From positions 322,400,001 to 322,464,000 of the forward strand of contig OZ024742.1 in the NCBI GenBank assembly GCA_964016885.1: 64,000 nucleotides of DNA, written 5' to 3'. Below are positions 1 through 15,109 of the stretch, piece by piece. The notes below the pieces were generated by a model. It ran no database searches. It saw only the letters and a program-made list of their open reading frames with translations, and was not told where the DNA came from. This stretch comes from Eledone cirrhosa (Eukaryota). The translations under genes were made by a program, and so were the position numbers. Position 1 is the stretch's first letter, and the number at the start of each line of letters is the position of its first letter.

Positions 1-134
1 CAGCTGAGTAAACTGGAGCAATGTGAAATAAAGTGTCTTGCTCAAGGAAACAACACATCACCCAGTCTGAGAATTGAACTCACAACCTTTCGATTGCAAG
101 GCCAATGCTCTAACCACTAAGCCATGTGCCTCCA
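1..134 (-). mobile_element. tRNA-derived SINE (family 1), 5' head; body runs off the window
   Basis: Reverse complement reads TGGAGGCACATGGCTTAGTGGTTAGAGC...GAGTTCAATTCTC (Pol III A and B boxes). Near-identical to 18724-18857. Confidence 0.85.
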
Positions 135-136
135 TG

Positions 137-227
<91 letters not shown>

Positions 228-271
228 GTATATATATATATGTATATATATATATATGTATATATATATAT

Positions 272-306
<35 letters not shown>
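135..306. repeat. (TA)n microsatellite with TG interruptions
   Basis: Direct inspection; source of the YIYI ORFs. Confidence 0.95.
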
Positions 307-1413
307 ATGTATTGGGATCACAGGTAAGCTAACTAAGAACTTAGATTTTACATGTGGGCGGTGCTCTGGTGCAATAAGTAGCAGCGAGTGCCCACAAAAT
401 ACTAGCTCTTTCAATTGCGCAGAGGGCTCTATAGAGATAGTGGACAGCTTCCGTTACCTGGGTGACAAAATCAGCAGCGGGGGAGGGTGCTCCGAAAGTA
501 CAGTAGCTAGAGTCAGAACTGTATGGAAAAAGTTCAGAGAGCTTATACCACTATTAGCCGCTAAAGGGTTCTCCCTAAAAATGAAAGGCAGGTTGTATGA
601 TGCCTGCATACGAACAGCAATATTGCATGGCAGTGAGACCTGGGCATTGTGCGCAGAGGATATACGCAGACTAGAGAGGAACGAAGCTTGCATGCTCCGC
701 TGGATGTGTAATAATAATATACGTGAACGGCAAAGCATAAACGAACTAAGGAAAAAATTAGAAATAAGAGGGATCAGATGTTGTTTACTTGAGAGAAGGC
801 TACGTTGGTATGGACACGTGATGCGTATGAAAGTCGATAGCTGTATAACAAAGTGCAGGGCAATAAAGATAGACGGTAGCCACGGAATAGGCAGACCTAG
901 AAAATCCTGGGACGAGCTGATAAACTCCGACATCACACACTTACACCTCTCCAAGACAATGTCACTGGACCGAGACCTTTGGCGGTACTCAGTAATAGAG
1001 AAGACCCGCCTTACCTAAATACATAGTAAAACCTACTACAGCCAGTAGGCATCTCTAACAAAATACACCCCCGTCCCCCCACCCACACCCCCATCCACAC
1101 CACCCCCTCCTATGTAAAGTTACGTTGGTGCCACACCATCCAGGCCGAAACAAATGAGATCGTGTAGGTGTCACGACAAAAAAACACACAGTCCACGCTG
1201 TAATGTGGCCGTGTAGGCAACACGGTAAAAACCTCCCAGTCCCACACTGTAAATGTGGTTGGTGTTAGGAAGGGCATCCAACTGTAGAAAACCTGCCAGA
1301 CAGTCCTATGCGAGCAAGACAATCACTCTTGCCTCAAGTGGGAATACCCCCGTCCAAACCCATGCAAGCGTGGAACACGGACGTTAAACGTTGATGATGA
1401 TGATGATGATGAT
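307..1413 (+). mobile_element. RTE-clade LINE, subfamily A, 5'-truncated (ORF C-terminus, 3'UTR, (GAT)n tail)
   Basis: ORF 440-1018 has the RTE C-terminal motifs FRYLG, LHGSETW, RRLRWYGHV and GRPRK. (GAT)n tail. Near-identical to the reverse complement of about 25566-26660. Confidence 0.92.
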
Positions 1414-1472
1414 AAATAAAATGGGTTTTATATTTCACAGGGATTGAGTGGAAAAACAATTGCTATCATTTA

Positions 1473-1528
<56 letters not shown>

Positions 1529-2096
1529 CCATTTAACACCCATCTGGCATATACATACACATGCACACAAACACATTCTATATATATATATATATATCAT
1601 CATAATCATCATACGTCCGCTTTTCCCTGCTTGCAAGGGTGATATATATATATATATATATATATATCAAAGGTAGAACTATACAAACAATTCTCAAAGG
1701 AAAGTAGAGGATTATAATGAGAGTATATAATTGCCACATTTAAAAAAAAGAATAGCTCAATGTGTTTATATAATATATAACGGTTTGAAGAGAAAAAGAA
1801 AAAAGATATTAGTGAGGAGATGTAGTTATAAATTCAGAGCAAATATAAACAAGAGTATCAATGGAAAATTTAACTTCTTTCATCCCCAAACTATATTTAT
1901 TCTCATATACATATTTTGAAAGATATGTGCATTCCCTTCTTTGAAATGTTGGGTAACATATTGCATAATCTTTGTCTATCTATAGGCATAGATGTACGGC
2001 TATTGAGACATATTTTGTCTCTTCAGAGAGATGATAAAAGTTTTTAATAAATGAATAGGGTTATCAATGAAACATCAATTTTACCTTTAGCAGGAA

Positions 2097-3248
2097 CTAG
2101 CTGATGTACCCAGCTTCGCCCGGGTAAACAGATGATAAAAGAAGACAGGTAAAAGAGAAAATGACTGTATTGGATGTTTGTCTGGTTACAGTATGAGGCG
2201 AGTCTGTGGTGTCTCTGTGATACAAAAAACAGTAAAAAAAATCTTCCAGATATACTAGATTCTTCGTTGTACCGTTTATGCATAGTATATGAACAATACT
2301 AGGTGCTCCCCCCTAGAATAGTGACCTCTAGGAGATGGTTCATCTTCTGCCTGACTGTAAAACGTGTATCATTGCATACATATGGTTGTTCCATGTTCTC
2401 AAAAGGATGATGGAAGTTCCAATCTATTATATTATATGTAGATATAGATATAGATAATTAATATAAAAGATGTCCGTCAATGTAAAAGTGGTCCCTATTT
2501 ACTTGAAATGGTTTATATAAATGCCAAATTAATAAGGATATGGATAACATGCTTATCTATAAGTGGTCAGCTATAATAATAAAACAACAAATTATATGAC
2601 ATAAAAATTTATTCAGTAATTTCCAGGCTCTTAACCACTGAATAATAGACAGTCAATATTGCCCAGAGTTCAACTCGGGGAGGTGGCCTGGTTTGAACTC
2701 CAAATGGCGGATCCTTCTACTTCGAAAATAGAATCGTTTTTCAATATTACTCTAGCCCTGGCCGGCCATAGGATCCAACCTTTTTGCCAGAATCAGCATA
2801 TGATGAGGTTTTATTACCACCGCAATCAGAAACGACGCACGCAAACTTACACACGCACCCATGCACTTACAAACATGCACCACTCACACATGTTGATAGT
2901 TTTTACTTTCTGTGGAACGCTGCACGCATGGACACACACATAAACATACGCGCACATACATACACACGCATACATGTTAATAGTTATTGCTTTCCTTCCC
3001 CTCTTATTTCCACACACATCACACACACACATGTCTCTACACTGACACATATACATAGTGTATCCAACACAGCGTTCACTTTGCCTCTCTGTTTCTTACT
3101 CTCCCCTCTCACTCCCTCGTTGGCATTATGCATATTAATTTAAGTTTGGCGTCGTTGAGGTGGGTGGAGTCGTTTGAAACCTATGAACCAATGATAATCG
3201 AGAATTATGACACACGGAATACTGACATTGTTGAAATTAATATATAGA
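2097..3248 (-). mobile_element. Non-autonomous Helitron
   Basis: Minus strand begins A|TCTATATATTAAT and ends with hairpin ACCCGGGCGAAGCTGGGT followed by ACATCAG-CTAG|T. An alternative 5' TC lies near 2470. Confidence 0.65.
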
Positions 3249-3454
3249 TGTTGGACTTAAAGCATGCTTCTCAAGTACAGAGTATCTTTTAAAAGAAATT
3301 TTATTAAATGTAAAGGATATAATGAAGACTACTACATAAGGCAAACCAAACTCACGCTCAGAAACAGAATGACATTCAACTTTTCCTAGCAGGGAAAAAC
3401 GCTGTTAAATGATGATGATGAGGAGGATTTATACATCTCAGGCACTTTCTCTCT

Positions 3455-3468
3455 CTCTATATATATGC

Positions 3469-3500
<32 letters not shown>

Positions 3501-3579
3501 TGTGTGTGTTGTGTGTGTCATCATCATTTTTATGTTCACTTACCCACGCTTCCATGGGTTGGATGGGTCCTTATATATA

Positions 3580-3631
<52 letters not shown>

Positions 3632-3795
3632 TATATATATGTATTACTCTTTTACTCTTTTACCTGTTTCAGCCATCCGGCTGAGGCCATGCTGGGGCAC
3701 TGCATGTATGTATATATATATATATATACACACATATATATATAAATGTATGTATATATATACACACATATATATATATGTATGTATATATATAT

Positions 3796-3873
<78 letters not shown>

Positions 3874-3886
3874 TCACACACACATA
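3455..3886. repeat. Compound (TA)n/(TG)n/(CA)n microsatellites with short LINE/SINE tail fragments
   Basis: Direct inspection. Confidence 0.85.
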
Positions 3887-4844
3887 TAGCATCTATATTA
3901 TCCATTTCCAATTTCCTTTAAAAAGCTAATTGTTAATCATTAAATGACAGTTGACACAGCTCTCTATGGAGCACAGGACAATAATGAGATGGGATACGTG
4001 TATATCTCTAGAGTATTTATTCATATGTGTATATTTTCAGATATGACTGATTGATTGACCCTATTCTTACCATATTTCTATTGAAAGACACTGCCTATGC
4101 TTTTTAAATCATTTTGAAAAAAATCAGCAATTTAGATAGAATAAGGAATATAATTATCTTTATTATTATTGAGCTGGTGTTTTGAACAGAATTTAATAAA
4201 GGTTCTTGCATAAAATTATGATGGAAGGTTTTTAGATAAATATATCAATTCAATCCTTTCATTATCATATTTCTAATGAAAAGTCTATTACTGGTGCTAT
4301 TGCTATAATTATTCTGGGTCATTGTTTGTTAATAACCATATGAGTTAGTGAATAACTATGTGATCCATTCAATATGAGTCACTGATATTGTTGCTCGTAT
4401 TATTGTTCCTGTTATTTTGCTCCAGTTCAGGTCCAATTGAGAATATCTATGATCAAATGTGTTCCAGCCATGACAATTTCAATCAAGTGTAGTAGTGGTG
4501 AATTGGAAAACTGATAGAGTTGTTAGTGTGTCAGATAGACTGCCTTTCTGTATTCATTCTCACCTCTCGGCCATTCCAAGTTCAAATCCCACAGAAGTCA
4601 ACTTTGACTTTCATAATCTCTAAAATGTTTCATTTAATATTTTATCAAAGTTATGGTGGTGGTGTTGACTGTCTGTAAAACATGGGTATGGGTTCCACAA
4701 TTTTTGGCAAATTATATAAGAATTTTGTGACAAAGTAAGTTTGCGAACCACTGTGTTAACCCTTTTGACACCGAGCTGCTTAAAACTGTCCTTGCTTCTA
4801 CAATACTAAGATACTTGTTTGAAAGTGTTTATATTTATCTTAAA

Positions 4845-4995
4845 AGGCAGTGAACTGGCAGATTTGTCAGTGTTGAATAGAATGCCAAATGGTATTCATT
4901 ATAGCTCTTTGAGCACTGAGTTCAAATATGAGTTCAACTTTGCCTTCCATCCTTTCAAAGCTGATAAATAAAGTACCAGTCCAGTACTGGGTCAA
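4845..4995 (+). mobile_element. SINE family 2, degenerate
   Basis: GGCAGTGAACTGGCAG...GAGTTCAAAT...CTTTGCCTTCCATCCTTT...GATAAATAAAGTACCAGT, matching intact copies at 34456 and 63196. Confidence 0.7.
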
Positions 4996-6840
4996 TTCTT
5001 CCTCTACATCTCTTTCCCACTTTCTCTCTCACACATTCTCTTTCAGTGGAAGAAATCAGCTGTGTTCAGACCTGCCGACAGATGAACTCTGCCAGGTTTA
5101 GATGTCTAAGACATGCCATATATCACTAAGGCACCCCTATAACTCAATCAGAAGTTAAAATTTTCCATAAGAATTTTATGCAACAACTTTTGTTAAGTTA
5201 TAATCCAAACACCAGCTTATTAACCTTCCGGGTGCTCTAGGCACATTATGTTGCCAGTAGAGTAATCCCCCCTTAATACATAATGCAATGACAGCATGCT
5301 AAAGGTTAATGAGAAAGTTACTTATAAAATTGAATTTCTTGTTGAAAATTTGAAAATCTTAATGTATTATTTTTTAATTAGAAACGTTTAAGCCAATACT
5401 GTTCCTTCATTCTCAATCCACTTCTGTTAAAAGGTGACACTACTGAATTTGAACCTGTGACATGAGGCACCAGATTCATAATCTTACATTCTACTGCTTA
5501 CACCAACACCACTGTGTTGAAGGTATGTTGCCTTCCTAACCACAACACCACCCTTACCTTTTGGCCTCCAACACTCTTCTACCATGTGTGAAAGTCTCAT
5601 TCACACTTTCTCACTCTCCAAATCTTGTAATCTTATAAGATAAATTCAAACAGTGGTATTTGTGAGTGTATGTGCCTATCCATGTGTATATATTTATGTA
5701 CACGCATGTGTGTATGTATGTGTGAAATAACCCCCTACACATACACGCACATGTACATACATACATACATATATAAACAAAAAGTCATACATTCTCACCT
5801 ACTATTGTAGCACTATACATAAAAGAAATGTGTATGTACATGTTTGTGTGTGTGTATGTGCATGTGTGTGCACGTGTGTGTGTGCATGTGTGTGTGTGTG
5901 CATGTGTGTGTGCGTGTAGGAGTATTGTGAACCTAATGCCCCTACAAACACACAGACATTTTCACCTCCTTATACATAAGACAAATGTGGACAGTGGAAT
6001 GGATACATACATTGTGGGTGTTTGTGATGTTTGTAAGTGTGTGTGTGTATGTATGTGTGTGTGTGTGCATGCAAGTATCCTGAACCTAATATACACATTC
6101 TCACCTACTATTGTAGTATTATACATAAGACAAATGTGGATAGTGGAACGGGTATGTGTGAGTGTGTATGTGTTTTGTTTCTAATGCATATATATGCATA
6201 CACATACAGACACACACACATACACACACATACATACACATACTTCAAAAATAAACAAAACAAAAAATGAATATGTATGTAATACCAAAGATTCAAGCAC
6301 ATCTTTCTCGGTTAATAAACATTGATTTATGCCTAGCATTTATAATAATAATAATAATAATATGAACAACAACCCATGCCATCATGGAAAAAAACGGACA
6401 TTAAATGGTGATACGATGATGATGAGGAATAACAACAACAATAACAATTGCTATTATCATTATTACTATTGTTGTTGTTTTTGGTATGGAATTTACTTTT
6501 TTTTTTTCTTGTTTCTTATTTTTATTGGATTTTAATTTGTGTGTGTTTTTTGTACTGTTGTTGTTGTTGAATGTGTTCGATTCTGAGTCTTGGCTTTTTC
6601 TGTTTTGCCATGACAACCATCGGCGCCATTCCACACACATGTTGCATCGGCTGCTGCAACCAGATTGGTTTAGAACAAGCTGTTATTGTATGCACAAACT
6701 TTCTAACTGCTTCATTGCTTTGCATGTGGTATATGAACATTATGATGGAAACTGTACCACAACCACAGAAGATGACGAAGGACCGTGACAAGTGGAGAGA
6801 TGCTGTGCTGAATAGGACCCGTCCAACCCTTGCAAGCAGG

Positions 6841-6947
6841 GAAATGGCTTCTACAGAACTAGAACTGTTTCATTTGAAGGAAATTATCAGGAAAGCCCTA
6901 CTGATTTCCTTCAAATGAAGCAGTTCTAGTCCTGTAGAAGCCATTTC
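6841..6947 (-). ncRNA. Palindromic element with a degenerate type I hammerhead motif (family H1)
   Basis: About 44-bp inverted arms. Minus strand: ggctttc-CTGATAA-tttccttcaaat-GAAA-cag ttctagtt ctg-TA-gaagcc, one core mismatch. Homologous to 19140 and 45144. Confidence 0.55.
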
Positions 6948-7259
6948 TATATTATATATTGTATATACTCTGCTATGTATTGAGTACCTTACTTACTGTG
7001 GTTACCCTGATTGAACCCGGGATACACACATTTGCGTGTAGTTACAAGTGTGTTAGGATTTTTAAAGGAAGATGTAGTGATGGTGAGAATAGCTATAGCA
7101 TAGTAGTGGGAGTCATGGATGGGGTGGGGTGCACAGTGATAATGAGGATAGCTACTATGAAGTGCTAGTGGTAAGGATGGCTACCAGGGAGTGTTGATGG
7201 TGAAGATAGCTACTAGGGAGTGCTGTTGGAGGGGAGGGCACAGGAATGGGTCAGATCAT

Positions 7260-8790
7260 ATTTTAAGCTGTTGACTGATCCTCTCCAGTACTGTATGTCA
7301 CCAATTCTCATGGTCTTTTGTCATAGCCATTGTGAGCTTCAGCTTCTTAAGGTCGGTCTTCACTACCTCATCCAAAGTTTGCCTCTTCTACAAGTCCCAG
7401 CCATTAAGCTTTCTCTGCATTTCTTTATACAGTTGTCATCTTCCATACCCACCACATGTCCATACCAATACAATCTTTTCTCATGCTCATTACATCCAGT
7501 TTCTCTTTTGCCAAGTTTTTCTCTTAATTCACTTATGCTATGTTGTCCCTGCACACTAACATTACACATCCATTGGAACATACTTGCTTTATTTCTTTCT
7601 AGCTTTTGCAGGTCTTCTGCAGTCAAGGCTCATGTTTCACTGCCATGTAAGATTGCAGTACACACACAGGCATCATACAGTCTACCTTTCACTCTGAGAA
7701 AGAAACCCTTTGTTGTCTTCAAATGTACCAGTTGCCTAAACATCTTCCAGCTCTGGCTATCACACTTTCAGGGATTCTGCTGATGTGGTCACTTAGGTAA
7801 CAAAAGCTGTCAAGAACTTCTAAGGAGCCTCCCTGGCAACTAAGGGTATCTATTTCACATAGGCTTACTTCTCCTGTGTATCTGCCACATACATAGACTA
7901 TGTTTTTCATTAACCTGTCTGTAATCCCATTATATCACTTGTGTCTCTATGGATTAAACTATGTGCACTTTATGGAATTTTTGCCCACTTCTTTCTTATA
8001 TACATATCGAGCAAGACCACTTCCCTGATGGTATCAGCCTCCTGTCTCTTTTCTACTTATTATGACTTTCATCTTTACTAAGTTTACTTTTAGGCTTTTC
8101 AACACTAAATTTTTCTTCTGTGCTTTGAATTTTACCTCTCTCTCTCCCATGGACTCAGCTGTGAGGACTAGATCATCAGCATATAGGAGTTCCCATGGAG
8201 TACCAGTGATGGTCTGAAGGACAAATATAAACAGAAGTAGACAGAGGACTGGGTCCTAGTGGACATCCACCTGCACTTCAAATTCATCACTGAACTCATT
8301 GTCAATTCTCACCTAGTTGGTTGCACCTTTATACAGCATGGCATGGCCCTCACAAGCCATTCATCTACACCTAACTTCCTAAGTACCCACCAGATTACAA
8401 AGCAGGTAACCCTGTTTAAAGCCTTCTTGAGATCTACAAATGTCAGGTACAGTGGCTTACCCTTAGATAAGTACCTCTCCTACAGCTGTCTCACCAGAAA
8501 GAAGGCATCAGTAGTACCTCTACCTGGCATAAAGTCAAACTGCATCTCATCTAGGTTGATTCTGTCCCTAATTAATTGTCCTATAATCGTTTTTGTAACT
8601 TTCATGAAGTAGTCCATCAATTTGATGGCCCTGTAGTTACTGTTTTCTACTGCATCTCCTTTGTTCTTATAGCAGTTTGTTATGATACTGCTACACCATT
8701 GTGTATGACACCATCTTGGATAACTTGGTTAATTATGTGTCTGATTAGCTCATAGTGTTCTATGCCAGGTACTTTTAGCATCTTGGTTAC
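7260..8790 (-). mobile_element. Old degenerate RTE LINE (RT to C-terminus)
   Basis: Minus-strand remnants include EDLQKLERNKASMFQWMCNVS...RLYWYGHV, ELLYADDLVL and NYRAIKLMD, with many frameshifts. Confidence 0.85.
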
Positions 8791-8791
8791 T

Positions 8792-8824
<33 letters not shown>

Positions 8825-8860
8825 CTAGTATAGAACCCATAAAAAACGATGGAGTTTATA
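8825..8860 (-). mobile_element. Possible Helitron 3' terminus
   Basis: Minus strand CCATCGTTTTTTATGG hairpin followed by GTTCTATA-CTAG|T next to (TA)n. 5' end not located. Confidence 0.35.
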
Positions 8861-10194
8861 GTAAAAAGTATTTCATTTGGTGATTCCTTGATTACAACAG
8901 TTTATGTAACGATACTTGAATCCTCGATTTTCCTTGGACCTTCTCCCTCTTGTCACCTTGACCATTTTACATTCATTTAAACCAATTTCCTTCCATATTT
9001 TCTTTAGTCTATTTAACTACCTATTCATCAATCCATCCACTCAACTACTCATCCATCTAATCTATTTAATCTATCTCTTTCTACCTATCCACTTACCTAC
9101 CTACCCCTCCATCCCTCCCTACTTACCTACCCACCCGCCACCCCTCCCTACTTACTCATCTCTACCTTTTCTAAGAATTTCAATCTATCCAATAATATAT
9201 TTTTGATGTGTTGTTTCCAGACAAGCTGTTTGTTTAGCTTTCTGTTTAAGACAAGTTATTAGGGGGCATTTAGCTCAGTGGTCAGAGAATTCAGCCAGAA
9301 TTTGAGAAATACAGGAGTTCAATACTTCATAGCAGCTGCTGGTCACTTTTTTCCATCTCAAGGTTTATTTGACCCAATTGTTGAAGCTATTATTTATAAT
9401 AATCGACTGTGGTTGTGTGTATGTATATATATGTGTGGGTGAGTGTATGTGTATATATGTGTATATGTGTGTGTATATATACATATATGTATGTGTGTGT
9501 GTGTGTACACATATATATATATCCCTCTGTGGCTCTTATGTGTTGTCTATATATTATATTCTCATGTGACCAACTAGTTTATACAAATTAGATTTTTCTT
9601 CTATTGTTCCCCCCTTGGTACTTGTATAGAAATGTCAGCAGGGTTGGTAGAACTGGTATATAGTGGTGATGGTAGTGACAGTGGTAATGGTGTTGTTGTT
9701 GTAGTAGTATGGATATTGGTGGTGGTGGTGGTACTATAACTTAAATTATGATCTTGATCATTGTGTTACAGTGATAGTGGTGGTTTTTGGTGGTAATGGT
9801 GGCAGTAGTGATAGTGGTGGTAGCGTTGATAGTAATTATTATGATAGTTTTAGTGGTTTGTGTGGGATGGTGTTGGTGTGGATTGAAGATAGTGGTAATT
9901 TTTTTGAAGGGGAGGGGGTGATAGTAGTGGTCATGGGGATGGTAGCAATGGTGACAATGACAGCATAGGTTGTTGTAGTCATGGCAATGATATTATTTGT
10001 ATGCATGTTTTGGAAAAGCACATATGTGTGTGTGTGTGTGTATAAAGAAAAATACCATTGACGCGTTGGGAAGCATTTAGGTCAGATCCCCAGTTTGTGT
10101 ATACATTTCTCTCCCTTCCATTAGTCTTGAAAGTTCTGGCACATACTGCCCTTCTTTTTTTAATTCATCACCCAGTCTTACAACCGAGTCTAAC

Positions 10195-10652
10195 AATGAT
10201 AAACCATGAATAAGGAATCAGATGTAATGTGTTTGAGGGAAGGTTGCATGGGTGTGTTCACAATTTGCATATGGAAGATAAATGTTGAGTGAAGAAATGC
10301 TAGGAGTTCCAAGAGGAAGACCAAGGAAACCCTAAGCATAGGTAGGGAGAGTTGACACTGAATCTGATAAAGATCATGAAGGAACACAAGTGGAGGAAAA
10401 CTGTGCTGGAGAAGACTTGTCCAACCCATAAATGCCTGGAAAGGGTGACAGAAACATTGTTTTATATATATATATTATAGAAGAAGAAGACCAAAGAAAA
10501 CCTAGAAGCTATGTGAGCAGGTTTCAGAATGCTGAACCTAACAGAAATGATAAGGAAAGAAGGCAAGAAGTGAAGGAATGGTGTGTCGGAAAAAACTAGT
10601 CCAACCCATATCAACATAGAACATTGGACGTAGAAACAGTGATGATGATGAT
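10195..10652 (+). mobile_element. Degenerate RTE 3' ends (two)
   Basis: GGAAGACCAAGGAAAC (GRPRK-like), GTCCAACCCAT motif and a (GAT)n tail. Confidence 0.55.
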
Positions 10653-12605
10653 GAAACAGAAAACTTAGCTCTCATCTGTCTTTATGCTATTCTGCAGAGA
10701 AGTTGCAGCTTCCAGCTGTTACATAAAACATTTTGCTTAGCTTACTGATTCCAAACTAATTTGCATATTGGTGTGGGTTTTGGCAACCATTATAATTTTT
10801 CCATAGAACTTTCACAGCATGGGAACTATAAAAAAAAAAACAGAATTTCATTTTTTTTATTCATTTCAGTCATTGGATAGCAGCCAAGCTGGAGCATTAT
10901 ATTGAAGGGTTTTAAATGATTTTATTGGCTCCAGTACTTTGTCTGATACTTATTTTTATTGATCTTGGAAGGCAGACAGGATAAGTTGGCCTGAGTGTAA
11001 AGGGTTACTCCCAGAACATAAACAGACATAACCAAATAACACAAAGTATTTTATGTGATGCTCTACCAATTCTTTATTTCCCCTGAAAATATATATCCAC
11101 CCACATATCAGGCAAGCATTCACACAGTTTTCATCTATCAAACTTCACTCACAGGGTATCAGTCAATACAAGGCCATGGTTGAAAAAACTTGCTCAATAT
11201 GTCACACAATAAGATAAAGCCCCAAGCTAAGGGATTTTAAATCAAACTTCTCATTCACACAGCTATGTCTGCATGATATTCTTTTCATCTTTTACTGATT
11301 GCAGTCATTAGACTGTAGCCATTCTGAGGCACTGCTTTGATTTAGTAGAGCATATAGTACTTACTTTTTCAAGTACATATTTTATCAATTTTTAAAAACC
11401 TTCCCAGCTTCACCATAAAAATAGAATGATTGTAATAATGTTATGTTGTTTGTGTGCTTTGCAGTTGGTTGTGAAGGATTATGGAATACTGGTAAAATCT
11501 TCAATGCCATGTCATGGGCCCTTAACTTCAGATGGAATCACAGAGGTGCCGTAGTGATATAAGGGCTTTTAAACCTGGTGGAGCTCATCTGTCTTCAGGT
11601 CTAAATACTGTTGATTTCTTCCAATGAAAGTGAGAAAGAGATATAGAGGAAGAATTGATCTCAGTACTGGACTGGTATTGTATTTATTAATCTTGAAAGG
11701 CAAAATGACCTTGGCAGGATTTGAACTCAGAGCGTAGAGAGCAAGAATGAATGTTGCAAAGCATTCTATCTGATGTTCTATCAACTCTACCAATTTGCCA
11801 CCATGAAAATATTTATTAATGTGTTTAATGCACTGGGATAATTGCTGGCCTTGTGCCAAAAATAGAAACAATTATTGTTGTTACTAATGAAACCAAAATG
11901 TCAATAATGACAGCATTGTACATATTTTATATTTGGAGCCCAGGATTGATATGCCTCAGGTACCAGGTTTACTGGATATATGAACAATCATACAAACTAG
12001 GAAAATTGCGTTTTGAAAAATTAATGGTTTGAATAAGAGAAACCCCTCAGTTATTTGGATTATTGACATGTAGATATGATTAAAGATAAGAATGATATTT
12101 TGATAATTTATTACTAGGATATAATTATATAAATGTTCAGCAGATATGTACAAATGACATACATGATTAAATGTATGAGTAAGTTTTTATTGGGACAAAT
12201 GTAGAGTTAAAACCTAAGAACTTGTAATTGAAAAGTGAAATTGTTATTGTAGCTAGATGACTGATATAGAAAATGCATTGTGTGTATGAGTGTATATGTT
12301 TGTGTGTGTAAATTATAAACACATACATACACACACAGATATGTATATATCATCATGACCATTTAACGTCCATTTTTTTCATGTCAGCATGGGTTAGACG
12401 GGTTGTACTGTTTCAGGCAAGTTGAGTCCGGGGATCATGACTTGCTCACACAGAACTGTTTCTGGCTTGGTTTCTATGACTTGATGCCCTTCCTAATGCC
12501 ACCCACATTCACAGTGTGGGTGGGTGCTTTTTGTCATGACTCCTACATGACTAATTTACAGTGTGGGCTGTGTGCTTTTTATTGTGACACTTACATGGCC
12601 ACATT

Positions 12606-12711
<106 letters not shown>

Positions 12712-14587
12712 GTGCAGGAATATTTGTTAGCAAGATGTGGCCCCCAGCCCATCTGAGAGGTCAGTAGCTCTAATTTAGTACTGGCTTTGACTGTGATGAC
12801 TTGTCCAACCCTTGCTAGCAGGGGAAGCGGATGTTAAGTGATGATGATGATGATGATGATGGTGATTATACAAACATATATGATGTACTATTATTGTTGA
12901 TTATTATTATTAAATGTATGACCAATTTACATAAAAGATCCATCATCGATTGGTTTTGTGTTGTCACCAAGTGTCCAGTGGGTAATTTCCAGTGTCACTT
13001 GTCTGGTCTGTTAGTATTGATTGACTAATGAACTGCGACAGCATCAACATTAGCAGCAGCAGCAGCACTGACAGCAACAACTGCAACATCAGCAATAATA
13101 CAACAGCCATAGTCATCTATTTGATGAGAATTACAGTTGACTGTTTATTCATGGGTCTGTTAGAGAGAGTTTATATATATACACACACACATACCATCAT
13201 TGTTTATCTTCCACACTAGCATGGGTTAGACGGGTTTGTCCCTGTTAGGGGCAAGTTGGGTTGGGTGACTGTATCTTGCTTATATAGGACAGTTTCTGGC
13301 TGGTTTTCTAGGGCTGGATGTCCTTCCTAACACCATATATATACATATACATACAATTTTTATTCATATCCTTATTGCCATCATTATCAGAATTTTTCTG
13401 TACTTGTATGGGTTAAACAGGTCTTCTCCATTACAGTCCTTGCCTCTTGTTGAAATAAAGAAGTAAACATTGGACAATGTGATCCTTCATATACAAAATG
13501 ATGGGACGGCCATGGCTGGGATGTCTTTGATTGGACTGAACTGAGGCTAAACAACAATAACAACAACACATAAATATACATATAGACATACACTTACAGT
13601 TTACTTCACATCACATGACACATATTCTACTAGACACACATATACAGTATATGGGAAAAACTCAATCTACTGCCTACCCACATGTGTGTGCACATACACA
13701 CATATGCATACTTGCATTTGTACCCATACACATGCACACACACACATACATACACATGCACCCACACAGTCACATATGCATACTTACATTCGTATCCATA
13801 AACATGCACACACATATACATACACTCACACACACTCTTATGTGTATACACAATCACTCATACATATGCACTCTCACACACATACACACACAATATACTA
13901 AGTACAGATCTAACATTTGACACACACACACTCACAGAGACACACACTTACTGATACAAACTAAATACAGATCCAGCATTTGGCATGTACATAAACGCAC
14001 ATACAAACACACATACAGATCCACACAAATATATATACATTTAGTTACATAAAAAAGATGGGTAAAGGACCTTTAACCCCTAATGGAGTCATATAGGTGG
14101 GTACTGTTTTGTCTTGGGGAATTTTATACCAAGGTGGTGGTTATCCCTCTCCTGGGGAGAACACAGCTGTTTTCTTCCAGAGAATGAGATAAGGGTGGAG
14201 AGAGAGAGATGGTGAGAGAGTGAGGGAGGAAGGGGAAATATATAAAAGTGGAAAGAGGGAAAGAGATGGTGAGAAAGAGAGAGGAGGCAAGAAGAGAGAG
14301 AGAGAGAGAGAGAGCTATGAAGAATATAGTTGCTATGGTATTTAGATATTCTCAGCAGCAACAGCAGTAATAACAACATCGATTATAACAACAAAAACAA
14401 CAGCAACAAAAGCTGCAACAACAACAATAATTACACCACCACCAACAACATCAACACTAACACCAACAACAAAAACAACAGCCAATTACAACAAAAACAA
14501 TTACAATAACAACAATGAAACTTGACTCTGATATAATTTATTCATCCAGATCAGCTTGCAACTGGTAAATAGGAGAAATACAAGGTT

Positions 14588-15010
14588 TTCTTCTTCTTCC
14601 TGAGAGGTTATGGGTTGCGGGAAGCAACCATCTCCAATTGATCCGGCTGGATCCCCAAGCGCACCCAATCATGCTCATGGATGTTATCCAACGATCTTGC
14701 TTGGAGTCTAGCCCTGGGTCTCCTGTCGGTTAGTTTTCCCCATAAAATCCTTCCAGCGATTTTTTTTTTTTTTTCTTGAGACATTCTAACCACATGCCAA
14801 TAGTATCGGAGCTATGATCTCTCAATTCGGAGAAGTAGCGGATCTACGTGGAGTGATTCTCTGATCTCTGAGTTACGCACTTTATCAATTAACGTTACTC
14901 CAAAGCGGAAACCCATTTCAGCTGCTTGTATTCGTGATCTTATTCTTTTGGTCATTACCCAAGATTCATGACCATAGGTAAGGGTTGGCAAGAAAACCAA
15001 ATTGAAGATT
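14588..15010 (-). mobile_element. RTE LINE 3' fragment of a distinct family with a (GAA)n tail
   Basis: FLPTLTYGHESWVMTKRIRSRIQAAEMGF...DKVRNSEIRESL...LLLRIERS; TTC repeat at about 14590. Confidence 0.8.
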
Positions 15011-15109
15011 TGGCCAAGGTTTATTGAAAAAAATTATCTGATCTTAGGTTGGGAAAAACAATTATGGTATGGCCCTCAGCTCTGGAATCTCAGTTAACAT
15101 GATGTCTTT

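Noticed and set aside
58-134. tRNA gene (also about 18780-18857, 9265-9335 and 48500-48572)
   Set aside because: These are A/B-box heads continuous with SINE bodies, with no proper acceptor stem.
3409-3929. YIYI/HTHT/CVCV ORFs throughout the window
   Set aside because: Translations of dinucleotide microsatellites.
11465-11600. Candidate exon after TGTGCTTTGCAG
   Set aside because: Good acceptor, but no convincing donor and no recognisable peptide.
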